DNA of 64,000 bases from Lama glama (taxonomy: Eukaryota), in NCBI GenBank assembly GCA_028534125.1, contig CM052816.1, positions 27,344,001-27,408,000 of the forward strand. The letters run 5' to 3'. Positions 38,831 through 52,260 of this stretch are shown here, in pieces (positions within the stretch are counted from its first letter, which is position 1; each line of letters opens with the position of its first letter). The position numbers and the translations under genes are program-made. The notes beneath the pieces are model-generated. The model was not told where the DNA came from, did no database searches, and worked only from the letters and a program-made list of their open reading frames with translations.

Positions 38831-39614
38831 TTCCACCAACCACACAGAAACCGAAAGAGTATTTGGATTACTTCTCAAATACCTAAGTTATTTAAGGAGG
38901 ACTAAATGCAACCCACCTTTGAACAGATACCACACACATACAAAAACAAAATCAATCATCAACACCACCATTAACCATATATTCAGGAAACAAGAGTGGA
39001 AAAGTTGACACATTAGAGTGCTTGCAAAGCATCTATGAGAGCAATATCACTGCATAGTGTGCATCCCTAGACAGCAAGTCTTCAAAGAAAGTGAAAACTC
39101 CTCTGGCACACTCCCTGGTGTGAGGATCAAACGGTGCCGTTAGAAATGTGTAGCCAAGGTAGAAAGGAGATTAATTGTTTCACAACATGGGAAAATTGAG
39201 ACTAGAATACAAAATACACTTAAGAGCAAGTTAGGTAGAAAGAAATCATGAAAGTGGTGCAAAAGTCTATGAGAATCATAAATAATCAGGTAGTTGCATT
39301 TTAAACATTTTGCTATCTAATATGGAATTTTACTTAAGAATTGTAACCTAGAAATTTGGAGCGCTTCTCCTCAATACTATGTTACCACATTTCCTAAAAT
39401 CTGTCATAACCTTGGCAATGGATTTTAGTAGCTACATTGACTAGGGGGAAAAACATGGAATCTTGGTACAGATTTGAGGAAATGAGAACTTTTGAAAAAA
39501 AAATCTATTGTTCTCAGCATCCTGAACTACCCAGAACTATGTAATACTATATAAAAGCACAACAGGTCCACAGCAAATGGCATAAGTATAGCCTCAAGGA
39601 TTCCTCCAGGGCTA

Positions 39615-39892
39615 CCCTGCTCCATACAGTAGCCCCCAACCAGAAGTAGTTACTGAGTATCTGAACTGTGGCTCAATCAAATTGAGATGTGCTGGAAGTG
39701 TGTTATACAGACTGGACCTCAAAGTCTTAGGGCAGAAGGCTGTAAATATCTCATTAAAATTGTATCATGTTGGGATACACTGGATTAAATAATATATTGA
39801 ACATTAATATCACCTATAATCTTTTTAAATCCAGCTCCTTCAAAACTTAAAATCAAATATTTCACTTGCATTGTATTTCTATTGGACAGCTC
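39615..39892. mobile_element. MER33-like hAT-Charlie element
   Basis: aattgagatgtgctggaagtgt...tgtaaatatctcatt...cacttgcattgtatttctattggacagc. Confidence 0.75.
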
Positions 39893-41169
39893 AGCTATTG
39901 GGAAGGTGAAAAATCACCCACATCATACCTGCTCCCTCCTATCCATCCTAAACCGTTCTGTCAAAATGGATGGCAGTGTTGTCAGAGGGTGGCTAACCAG
40001 TTCAGGTTTCGGTGGAAGGCAACAGATGGATGGGACAGTGACACACCACTGGAAAAATTGATGCTTGGTAGAAAAACTCCTTGATAAATGTTGGAGAGAA
40101 ATGACTGATGTGCTTTATAGATGTTCTCAAAAAAGGAAACCAGGATTATAAAAAAATAAAACAAAACATTACATTATCCTTGTGCCCAGTGACTGAGGGG
40201 CTGCAAAATATACTGTCCAGATTGCTTGTGCTTTTTTAAAAAGAGAGCATGCATAATTCTCCAAACCTATGCCCAACCCCCCTTCCCCTCCTCTAAAACA
40301 GCAGCTAAACCAGCAGAAATAAACTCTTACAATCAGTAAGCTAAGGCATCCAGCGGGTATTCCTCAAACTTCATGACAATAGCCCTGCTCCATGTAGATT
40401 AGGCAACAGATGTTGATGATGCTTAGCATGAGCTGAGGATAGGGGGAAAAAAAACAAAACTATTGTGTCTTCATACTTGGCTGAAGGAAAAGTCTTTTCC
40501 CTTGAAAAGATGTGTGTAAATGTACACCCTTAGCAAACTAGCTAATATGTCAGGCTTCAAAGTGACCAGACCGTACACTTACTGTTTTACTAATCCTCTG
40601 GCTTCTCCTGTTTTGAAATGGTTACAGAAAAGTCCATTTTGGAATATTTTGCCCTTGGCTTTAACACTTGGCAGGAAAGTTCACTGTGCTCTGCTCTTCC
40701 TTGTGTTAGTTATAAAGCTGTTTGTCATCTCTAGTATCCGGAACACCTGCTTTTTTGAAAGGACTGCTGGCTCAGGGAAAAGAACATAAGTTATTTTTAT
40801 GCAACAACTCGCCAACTCAAGATTTTTTAAAACCCTCTCTGAAACAGTGTATTTTCTACCCCCACCCTCCACGCAAAGTATTTTAAAAATCAGAATATTT
40901 CGTTTTACCAGCTTCCCTTTGAGATAAATCATTGGAAGGCAAATGACAGTTGGGCAAACCAAAGAAAGAGCCTTTTGCTCCTAACAGGATGCACAAGGGA
41001 AGAAGAACATGGGCAATCATGTCTTCCAATCCAGCCAGGGATTTTTAAAAGAACTTATAGAAACTTAAAGAGGAAAGACCTTCAAGAATTTAGGATGACC
41101 AAGAAGATGACGGAGGCTCTGTTACTTCTTCATAAGGAATGTGACATGTTTTAAAGCCCATGTATATAT

Positions 41170-41767
41170 ATGTGTATCTATTGTTTTTGCCTACTTGGCA
41201 GACCTTCTCCCTTCTTGGAATAGCTGTTATCTTTTCCTTCTGGGAACTCACCCTTCCTCAGTTGATAGATGTGTTTATCACATGACCTGCCTCCCTAGCC
41301 ATAGGGATGGGCACATGACCAAGACTAGCTAATCAGAGTCTCCCATCCTCTCTACCATGGCCAATTCACAAAGTTGGGGGCATTGGTTGGGGCTATTGAA
41401 AAAGAGGCATTCCTTACACCAGAAATTAACAAAACATTTGTTAAGTTGACTATACTTCAATTAAAAAAAAAAAAGAGGCATTCTTTTCTGTTTTCTTGGG
41501 GTTGTTAGCTCTAGGAGTGATGTTAGCTCTTGAGAGTTGTGGCTGCCACCTTTGCTACCCTGAGAAGACAGCCTGACTGAGAATGAAGACAATATAGAGA
41601 AAAGTAGTACAGAGAAATGTAAAAAGCAAGAAAACTTTGATGAAAAAATTTAAGCCCCTGGATTTCTCACATGATCACAAAATTCCCACCCAGCTCCCCT
41701 TTTCAGCATAAGCTGCTTGGAGCTGGGTTACTGTCTCTTACAATCAAAATATTCATAACTAATACAG
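41170..41767 (+). mobile_element. MLT1 (J/K-like) MaLR LTR containing a tiny L1 insertion
   Basis: gggatgggcacatgaccaagactagctaatcagagtc; ggctgccacctttgctacc; end gagctgggttactgtctcttacaatcaaaatattcataactaataca. Confidence 0.75.
41413..41469 (+). mobile_element. Extremely 5'-truncated L1 3' end with a perfect 14-bp TSD
   Basis: tacaccagaaattaacaaaacatttgttaagttgactatacttcaatt(A)n, flanked by AAAAAGAGGCATTC at 41399-41412 and 41470-41483. Confidence 0.85.
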
Positions 41768-44283
41768 TATGTTTGAGTACAAATAAAAACTGTGTAAAAA
41801 GAAAAGAAAGGAAGGAAAAAAGAAAGAATAATAGGGCCTCCCGGAATGAAGAAAAGAAAGAAGAAAAGTAGGAATGATTAGATTATTTCTCCTCTTTTCT
41901 CTTAATGTGTTAGCAAAAATTACACACACGGGAATTCTAAAGAGCCTATCAGTCTTAACTCACCCACTACAGTTGAACACAACCTAAAAAACTGCAATAA
42001 AATTAACTGTTCCTGGCATAGGAGGCGGTCTGCATGCAAAAGTGCAAATTTTTGAACCATACCTCTCAGCTCTATTGTTTTTTTCTATTTCACCATTTTC
42101 CACCTTTTTGAATAAAAAATTGAGTTTTCAAAAATCAACAAACCAATATGTACTCATTTTCTTAAAAAATGTAAGTAATAGAGAAGTGAAGTCATTAAAA
42201 AATAAAAATCCAAACACTACATTTCAAACCTATTCTTCAAGTGTGTCTTCCAGATCCTCCTCCTTGCATCTATCAAAGAATATTTGTTTTTCTTTTAACA
42301 AAAAACAGAATCAAAATATGTACTTTGTTTCCAAAATAATTCCTTTTTTAACAATTAAAAGCATTTTATGGACATCTTTTCATGCAAAAACATATTAGTC
42401 CATCTCACTTTAATCACTGACTAATACTTCAGTGTATTGATGAACATTGAGTCTGTCTCTAGTTTTTTGTTTTCTATTGCTTTTGCTGTTAGACCTAGTA
42501 ATAAACAAACAACCTTCAGTATGTTCTTATCCTCCTCTCCATTTTAAAATTACGATCATTTTTTATTATTGTTGCAACTGTTTCCTAATCACAAACTACA
42601 AACCAATGATCAGAGCAAGGGCAATTAAAATCTCCATCTTGTACACATCCTTGTGCACATGCGTGCGCACCCACGCACACACACACACACACGGTCTGTT
42701 GAAACCGGCAGCAGTTTGGCACAATTTTAAGTGTGACTCAAAAGAAATGTCAACATAAATTCTCTGACCTGGGATCGGTGAGGCTACACCCACAATCACA
42801 CATGCGCAGTCGCCTTCCCTAGTGCTCGTGTGTAACATTCACAGCACACTCCAGGCCTACAGGTCTTGGCCGATGACTGACCTCAACCTAACATCTCTGC
42901 CATTTTCATTGTCAGCCTCTGTCAGTTACCACACAAGAGAGTTAGTAAAACAGTTTTTCACCTTCAGGCAGATGTCTGTTGTCCATTTGTCAAGATCAAG
43001 AGGCTTACAAGCACCTCTAATTCTGAATTCTGTGGGGGCATTCGACTCCTGGCTGGATTGACAATACAATTGCTACTCTTTAATCAGCCAGTGGACAGGC
43101 TTCATTTATTTTACCTTCTGCTTTGAATTCCTTTCCAAGGAAACTTAGAGAGTTTTAAAAATAGTTCAGTCCTTTCTTTTTGCTTTTGAATCATTAAACC
43201 TGCACACAATATCAGCCCTTTTGGGGGGTGAGAGGTGTTATTTATGACACTTCAGGTTACTGAAGCCTGATCTAATGACTTGTGATATTTTCTTCTACCT
43301 TCTCCAGGCAAGAAAACTTGAAAAAATGATTGCTTCTTGTGGTGGTTTATCACCAGGCTTAATTTTCTCTACACTGGCACTTTTATGTCTGGAAGCAGGG
43401 AGATAAAATGTGCTGACTGGTGTGTACACTGAATCTCAGATAACCTGAGCAGAACAGGATGTGCAGGTACCTTGCCTGTGACCCCAGAGAGGCAGCAGGG
43501 TCTACTTTCACTTCTGTTTTATTGTTGTCTTCAGTTCTGTTGAAAGTGAGAAAATAATATGAGGCAATTTTATGGAGAGATCTCCAGCTGCAGCAGATTA
43601 TGTGGCAAAAAAAAGTGGCCGGTTAAAACAGCAAGGCCTGCCTCTCTGCTGATAAGGAAGAGAAGCTCCTGATGGCAGATTCCTGTTGGGCATTGAAATG
43701 CAGGAGAGGGCCTGAAGCCCAGGGCAACCGGAGTTCTATTTCACTTTGTTTGGCAATTATCAGTGAGTCATAAATGGCTGCCATCAAAACAGGCAGTGCT
43801 TTCTTACTTAAGGCCAGTACTTGACTGCGAAATAGTGGGGTAGGCCAAGTTTATATTGGGTACCAACCACCTCACTTCACTCTTCGAGTGCCCTCCATGT
43901 CTCAAAATAGGCCGTAACTTCCCTCACCTCTAGAAATCCACTATCCTCTCACTGGACTGGGTTGCCTGGGACCACACGGAAGTTCTTAGGTTTGGGCTGT
44001 GTACCACATCTCAGACTCTTCTGTCTCCACTTAACACGTGCCACTAAAATATACTTGTCTTGTGTCCCACTCCCTTTGGATCCTAACAGGATCTGGAGTG
44101 AGGCTGACAAACCTATACAAATGACGGTCACTAGTGGGTACATCTCTTGGGTAATACGTGCAGCTAAGAGACTTCCTGAATCTGATTATATCCTCTTTAT
44201 GTAAAAGGAATGAGTAGAATGGTGGGGCTTTTAGGCACTTTCTTAGGGGAGATACTCAGTAACAGAGCTGCTGAAGAAATACC

Positions 44284-44478
44284 AACTACTGTATATAAAA
44301 TAAACAATAAGGTCCTACTATATAGCACAGGGAACTAGATTTAATATCTTGTAATAACTTATAATGAAAAATATGAAAAAGAATATAATACATGAATAAC
44401 TGAATCACTATGCTCTACATCAGAAACTAAACAACATTGTACATCAGCTATAATTCAATAAAACAAACCAAAAAAAAC
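44284..44478 (+). mobile_element. Cetartiodactyl-type L1 3' end
   Basis: aaggtcctactatatagcacagggaacta...tatcttgtaataac...ataactgaatcactatgctctacatcagaaactaa...aataaaa. Confidence 0.9.
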
Positions 44479-46803
44479 CCCAACCCAACTCCTCAAAGCA
44501 CATTATGAGGCAGCGCCCTACCACACCAACTCAGCCTGGCCTTCTGCCTCCTGCCATTTTGACAGGAAAACTTGACGGGATATCCTAACAGAGCAGCAAC
44601 TATAACTTAGCAGCCCTTAGGTCTCCTCCCCACAGCAGGGGGAGAAAGCTCTGCCAGGGAACATTCTCCAACACACACCAGTTTCTTGACACATTCTACA
44701 AGAGACATAGTGAAAAGTGTTGTTTGAAATATGTGGATTTCACTGATTACCTTTCTCACACTTACATCTCACACTCTCCATGGCTAACCTGTTCTGCCTT
44801 TTAGAGGACGCCCGAGTCAGTAGGTGTGCTAACCGCTTCTATAGAACCTCAGTGAAATGCCTGTGTTCAACACAGGAACCCAAAAGAAACACAAGTGCGG
44901 TCAAACTGGGATGAACAAGACAGTGCTGTTCCAACTGAGTAAAACATTTAATTATTACTTTTTTCCCTTGTCCTTTTAATTCAGTCCCATGCTTTCTGAT
45001 ACCTTCAAATTCCCTGTTTCATACTATGATTGTTTTTCCTTTAAAGAGTATAGGTTCTGTGTAATATTTCAATCTTATTTTTCAAGCAGCTATTGAAAAT
45101 GCAATATGTAACATAAGTGATTTTTCATTAAGATCATAGGGAAGAGAAGTTAATCTAAGGTTCTTACGAAGAAGGTGGTCTATTTATCTATATTTCTTAC
45201 ATATAAGTAAAAATTCATTTCACAGACTGTAATGGTCCCTCCAAATATTTCCCTAAATCCAATGATTATTCTCTATTCAATCTTTCTAGTTCCATTGTGT
45301 TCTTTTATAAAGTAGTTTGGAATAGCCAACTAATATTCTGTTACCAGGAGCAGATTTTCCTGACTATTCAACCATTTTGGACATAGTTATATCTAAACAC
45401 TGTACTTTGCAATTTTTCATAGGTGATGACCTTTGTTTGCTTCACTTGGCTTTAGCACATCATCAAGAAAATTTACAGGCACCATGTTGGTTAATTTCAT
45501 ATTCAGTGAAGAAGCTACGTGAAAGATAAAGACTAATTGAAGACTTTGATTTGAATTGGGTTAAGCTCTCATAAATCAATTATAAAAGGAAAATTTATTT
45601 ACTTTTCACTCAATTAAATATGTTCATGTTCGAGGGAGAATTACATGGTAGGGGAAAATTTCACATCTCAAGAAATATAGTAAAAATGAGATTGCAGTTA
45701 TAAATCTCTAATCAGGGGATCTTAATGGCAACAGGACATTAGAAAGAAGCTAATTGGCAATGTAAGAAAGACCTGGGGCAGGAGGGAGATTTTCCAATCA
45801 ATAGAGTAAACAACTGGCTGACATTGGATAGATAAGAGAAACTGATTTCTATACAACCATCAGAAAGCATTTCCCCCTTGCTCTCAGTCTGGGAAAGGCT
45901 GATTATATAATGTGAAGCAGCGAACAGGAGATGAATTCAGGGATTTCAGACTTTCAGTTTGGGGCTTTGCCATAGTCTTAAATCATCCCTAGGGTCTCAA
46001 CTCATCCTTTCCTCCTTTCTCCTCAAACCATCTGTAAAGGCAATAAAAATATTTGTCATTTAAAGGCAAAGGCTTAGGAAGAAGGCAGAATTCTTTTCAA
46101 GAATTTTTTTTTTAAGAAAATATCTTAATGGCCTCAGCCTGCTTGGCTATGACAGTTGAGCCTCTCCCCTCCCCTCACCTAGCCTAAAAGGGTTCTCCCC
46201 CTGTGATGTAATAAGTCTCACCAATGACTCTCAATAAGTAGCCACAACACTTCCAATAGCCCTCTATCTTAACAGTACTTTCACAAGTGAAAAAAAAGGA
46301 TTTTTGTAGCTGCTATGTTGCCCAAGCCAGGACCACCATTTACTCCTAGACATGCTCCAGAAGACATCCATCACGTAGACTACAAAGTGAGCAGTGCCCC
46401 CTAGCTTTGTGCAGTGAGGTAGACCTCAGTGCCATCCAGAGCTGGATGAGGGAACGTGGAAGGGGGCAGGCTGCCACAAAGGCACAGAAATTCAAAGAGG
46501 TAAAATAGAAACCGGATCCCCTTAGGAAATCTGTAAAAATATGGGGAGGCGCATTGGGATTGGGATATTGATCCAGTTTATGCAGATATCAAAGAAAAGG
46601 ATGGTTCTTGAAGCTTAAAAACTTGAGGATAACGTAGGGCAGATACGTTAAGTAAGATTCCCCAAATACACATCCTCTTGCATTTCCTGTCAAAATGGAT
46701 CACAGGTCTGTGATTTGTGGGGTGCCTCGTCCTGGAAGCACCTATCCCGAGTGGAGGGACTTAGTTGGTGTGAGTAAAGGGAGGGAAATCAGGAGGCTAT
46801 TCC

Positions 46804-47464
46804 TGTTGCTGGTGGATGCAACTGGTGTTCCAGGTTCTTGTCCCATTCCAGAAAGAATTCAGAGACAAGACTTAGAGGTTAAAAAAAGTAAAGTGAAAAT
46901 TTATTAAAGGATGGATAGTACACTCAAGGGGAGAGTGGGCAGGCTCAGGTGAGCAGCTGCCCTGTGTTTCTTTGGCAATTTAGTTACATAGGGTGTAAAA
47001 ATGAATGGGTGGAATATTCACTGGGGGGAAGGGTTTGGGGTCGTATTCCCTGATTATTATCCCAACTCCACCTTCCCAAAGGTAGCAGGGATTTTTGTCC
47101 TTATTTAGTCTGGATCAGAAGTGTATGGCATCGGTGCATGATGGGTACTTCTGATCTGCAAGGTTAATTTTATTGAAATGAGGGCATAATGAGCAAAAGG
47201 GCATAATGAGCAAAAGGACACTGGAAATTCCTGCCTTTTTTCATCTTTTTTTGTTCGTCTCCAGGCCATTCATCACCCCAAAAGTTGTGATCCCTTATCA
47301 AACCAAAGGTTCCTGCTTTTCTTTCTCTGCCCAGGGACCCCTGGTGCTTACATGATGTGTGGTTTCCTGCATTTGGCCTGTGCCCCTCCTTTCTGCCCAA
47401 TTCCTGCCATTTGGTCTGTGTCCCCGTTTCTCTGCTCATATCTAGCTATCTCCCTGCTCTAACA
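46804..47464 (-). mobile_element. Intact ERV1-class solo LTR (661 bp), probably lineage-specific
   Basis: TGTT...AACA termini; perfect 4-bp TSD TTCC (46800-46803 and 47465-47468); minus-strand AATAAA (tttatt at ~46899-46904) near the left end sets the orientation. Confidence 0.85.
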
Positions 47465-50400
47465 TTCCAAGAAGTCTCACTCATGAATCTTATTTTCCTT
47501 AAATTCTCCCTTTCATCAATCTCAACATGCTTCAAAAGCTAAAGAGATGATTCTTTTACCTAGGAACACAAGTCCAAGAATTGAACACCAGGCAGAGTTA
47601 ATCCACATTTGTATTCAATGGATTTCAGTTAAATGTTTACACTCTTAGAAAAGGATGAAATTAGTTGAAAACATCAGTTTAAGATATTTGTTGTGATTTT
47701 GTCAAGGCAAGTGCTTTTTTTTCTTTCTTTCTAACATAAAAAAAATTCAAAGACAGTTTCATTTTTTTTGTTTCTTACATCTCAAACTGCCTAGACCCTG
47801 AAAACAAGATAATCAGAAAGAAAAATCATTGAACAATGGAGGAAATAAAATACTCTGACTCCCTTTGTCCTACAGGGAGCCCCTCCCTATTTCAAGAAAA
47901 GAAAACAAGTCTTTTTTTGTTGTAGCTTAACCGATTGAAATTAAGGTACTCCGAACTAACGTGTATCTGACTTAAAATACTTTGCATGTAAAACAGCCAA
48001 GTTAGAGAAAGGCGGGTTCAACTGCAAGAACCATGTGACACGTAAAAGGCAGGCATTTCAGAAGGGGGAGTTCTTCATGGTGAGCCAAATAAGAAGCAGC
48101 TGGGGCTCCAGCATTCCTCCTCATCCTGACACTCCAAAACTGGGAACTGGAGTGCCAGCTTTGTGTGTTCCCTGCAAGAGCTTATCTCTAAATAGTCGTT
48201 CTGTTCATTTCATCTTCCATCTATTAGTAGGAACGCTCCCTCCAATGCCAGCCCCCAAAATACACAAAGGGGTCTAAATCTCAAAGGAAGAATGGAGAAT
48301 CCTTATTTTCTTGTGCTCAAGTGACTAGGTGCCAGGATGTGCAGAGATCACCACGAAGTACATAATCTCCGAAGCTGTGAAAATACGAATCCACCATCCC
48401 GGATATGAAATTAGGTGGTTGAAACACAAATGCCTTTGAAACAGTCAAAGCACCTGGTGAAACAATTTTACCACAAGCCAGAATGTCTGGAAAAGGACAA
48501 CAGGAGCTTGTCCCCCAAAGTACCAGGTTAAAAAGGAAAGGCCAATCATGCATTAAGCATAAGGAACGTTCACAGGTCCAAGAGAATGAGAAAATATTTT
48601 AGATATTGTCCTATTTGACCCTAACTTTTAATACTGCTTGCTGTGGCGCAGATTTATCAGCTGATCGCCAACCTTCTATGCTGTAGAGTTTGAATGAAAG
48701 TCAGTGCAGGGACAGAGGACTTGGAGTCAAGTGCTCAAGGTCCAGTTCAGACAAGGAGTGTGTTTTGATCTGTTTTGCACTTGCTTAGTAATAGCAACAT
48801 TGCCAGCATCAAGTGACAGCAAATTGTCTTTTGTCTTCCTGAAGTGCTGCATCTGGCCTGGCCACATCCTCCAAGGGAGGATTTCTGCAGATATATGTAG
48901 ACAGATTCTTAATCTACGTGAGTGATGGTGGGCAGACTCAAAGTCTCGGAAGTTTACACTGATTGAGCACATTCCATGGAGGAAAATTTGTGCTCATTTA
49001 TGACAGGAATAGTGCTACATACGTCATCTATCCTCAGTCCTCTGGCTCACAACCACTACATGGCCAGACCTATTTCACTGCACTGTCCTGTCTGTCAGAA
49101 AAGAATGGCCCCTGACAGATCGCTCCCACTGGGGGAGTGAGGCTGGCATGACCTGTCCATTGTGGGAGGCACTTACTCTAGGCTTGGACCATGCCCCAGA
49201 AGTATTGTGAGACCTTTGAGACGGGCCAGCACAGGTTAGAATTGCTCACCTGCTCAGGCAGGGTGTATCCAAGTGTTCCAAGGCCAGCCCAGACTTGCAT
49301 GGACCTCTTCCCACTTTTCATGGTGATTGTGCAAAGTTACATAGTTGGGAAAGTCTGAGTCACTCTGTAGTTTGCAATTATGCATCTTGGAGTGAGGAAG
49401 GAGATCATGGCCTCCAGCCACTATGGTCACTTGGGCCATGTGGTACCCACCACGCCAGATACCTGTTTATCCAGAGACTACTCTTTGCTACATACCTATG
49501 GAATCTCAGTTCTCCTTGACCCACCAAACTATCCTAATCCTGACATTACCCCAGTGATGGATGGCCGGGTTATGAGTTTACCTGACCGAAACACATTTTG
49601 CAAAGCCAAATATTTCCGTCAGTACAAAATAAGCATGCTTGCCAAAAACTACAAACCCACAATTCCAATCTGTTAACGCTTGTAAAAAATAAAGATACAG
49701 AACAATCAGTTTCCTTGGATTCTTTGGTCTCCTGTGTTACCTTGACCATTTTTTTTTAACTACCTTTCAACTCCTACTTGGACACCGAAGTAATCACAGA
49801 TTTCAAGAGAAAGCCGAAGCGTCTGGATAAAGAGTTACCAATTTGGTCCCTGAGAGCAATTGTCAGGTATCTTGGTGTGGAGCAATTTGTCTGATGTGAA
49901 ATAATTCACAATTTGGAACCCTGGGAACCAATGCACTAAAACTTTGTATTCAATAATACTCAAATGGCTGTGCATGCTTTGAAATCATTGTAACTACAGC
50001 TATTCAAAGAAACACAGGCTCCATGTGTTTCTACATTAAGTGTATCTAAGGAAGAAAATTCTGATCTCATACTCATGACGTAATGTATATCAGAGGCCAG
50101 TTTGTTCAGGTGAGTGAACTAGACCTTCACATGTAGAAGAAAACTCACACTGGATGTTTTTGCCTGGTATCTGGTATTTGACATTACCACATCAGCATAT
50201 AAGCTGATGTTTTTTGTTTGTTTGTTTGTTTTTGGTGTCGGGGTGGATTCTTCATTTGGGACTGATTATTGGAGAAAACATACAGCTATTTTTTTATTCT
50301 GAGCAGTAAGAGTTTAGACATTTTGTTTATAAGGTTAACATGAAATCTCATCAGAGCTGAGGGTGAGCTCCATGGGGTATTGTAGTAATTAAACTTCTCT

Positions 50401-50499
50401 GTGAAGTTGTGGGTTGTTAGATGGCATGTCTCCCAAGAAGTTCAGTCCTGCAATCTTGTGATTACAAGAGTTTGCTTTGTGATCATCAAAGGGGTAGGT

Positions 50500-50501
<2 letters not shown>

Positions 50502-50532
<31 letters not shown>

Positions 50533-50559
50533 TGTGTGTGTCTGTGTGTCTGTGTGTGT
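50502..50559. repeat. (GT)n microsatellite with GTCT interruptions
   Basis: Read directly. Confidence 0.95.
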
Positions 50560-51127
50560 AAGCAAACGACTCTTTAAGCCTTCTATCTACATGGCTGTTT
50601 GAAATACAGCTCATCAGGCTAAATTAAAAACACTCCTCGTTGCTCTGAAAATGTTTCTTTTTTTGAAATGTGCTGATTGAAATAGGTCTGTTGTATGAAT
50701 TCACAATGTCACTGTGGAATTAGAAAGGAGGAGCAGGAAAGGGTGTGAAAGGCCTTTGTGCTAACATTTCAAGACCTTATGGATATGTTGTTTTTATTAT
50801 GCCACCTATTAGAGGTGGGGCATAATAAAGGACACCTATTTTAATGTTTAAAATTTTTTTCAAGATCAAACCCTGAGGTTTTAAAAATTTTTTGAAGAAA
50901 TTGAAAACTCAATTATGTTTGGGATCTGATCAACACAGTCAAACTGAACATTACTTTAAAATTGTAGGGCTTATTAAATTTATCTATTTTTTACCAAGAT
51001 AAAAATCATTTTATGGTTATTGGAAGTGGTTCTTAGGGTTTAAAAGAAATTTAAGATCAGTTTTCCAATAGTTCATATGTGACATGATCACCTTTCTTTA
51101 TTTACGCCTCGTCTCCTCCTGATTCCG

Positions 51128-51128
51128 A

Positions 51129-51163
<35 letters not shown>
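51128..51163. repeat. (CA)n microsatellite
   Basis: Read directly. Confidence 0.95.
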
Positions 51164-51979
51164 CAGGGTGTTCAAATTCTGGGAGAATAAGAAAAGAGAA
51201 AGTTAAAATTTGTGAGCAGACACTGCCTGACATTAAGACTTTACTAACCATCTAACATAAAAGTGTACAGATGAGCATCAAAAAGGATGTTCCAAATTAA
51301 CAAATATGCAAATGAAAAAATCCCAGAATCTCTCTTAAAGTCCTTAGAGGATTAATGGTAGATAACATATGTGCTTGTTATTTACCAGGCTGAGCTTCAC
51401 CAGGTACAAACAGCCACAAACTGAAAGAAATTTACCCCTGATATATCCTCACACTGACTTTGGTAAGGATCTACTTCTCATAATACTGCCCTAGGATAAT
51501 GAGTATCAATTTCTCATTCTTTTTTCTTTAAACACCACCAGGAAATCCCAAATTTACCTATGCTTCAATGTTGCCATCCTGAAATCCTAATCCTCCACAG
51601 AATTCATGCTTGTAAATGATTTCCCATCTGACTGCCACCCTGTATCAACATTCTTATTCCATCTTTACTGTTAATGAAAATATTAAAATACATATTTATT
51701 TAGGTGCTTCAGATATTTGCAGTTCCTTAATTTCTGTCAAGTTCATTTTCTAGGTAAGGAAATAGGTACCAGTAAGAAATTTATTAAATGGCTGAAAACG
51801 TCTTTGCAAAGTAGTCACTGACCTGTCCCTGGAAATCCAAGCAAGCTTGACTGACCATTGTCAGAGACAGAATTCATCCCTTTATCAGCCTAGATGGCCT
51901 CAGACTTCCCTGGCAATTTCAGAGTGACTTGACTTCTCTTTCTGAACTTTTACTATCTCAAGACTGAATCTAGCCTCCT

Positions 51980-52260
51980 TAAAGATTCCATAAGACATCA
52001 TTCTCTCCATAAAGCCTTCATCAGTTTCCCTGGGCTGGAAAGACTCACTGCCCCTGAACACTAACTGTTCTTTGCTTATATGGCCTGTATCTTACAGGGC
52101 ATTTAAAATCTTCTGTTTTATGCTGTTGCTTCTGGATGTGTGTTACTTTGAAGTCTCCTTGGATGCACAGCATTAATATCTTGTCTGCTCTATTTCAGTG
52201 CAGAGGGTCATCTTATAGACATACTATGTTCTCAGTAAATGTTAGTTGAATAAATGAATA
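51980..52260 (+). mobile_element. L2 3' end
   Basis: Ends gttctcagtaaatgttagttgaataaatgaata; catcattctctccataaagcctt. Confidence 0.65.

Noticed and set aside
46390..46410. CTCF-like motif (minus strand aagctagggggcactgc)
   Set aside because: It lacks the conserved CC at the 5' end of the core and cannot be supported without a PWM score or ChIP data.
48335..48440. Frame reading ...EAVKIRIHHPGYE..., faintly like a trypsin-family IRHPxY segment
   Set aside because: Very short, closed by a stop, with no catalytic motifs or convincing splice sites; most likely chance.
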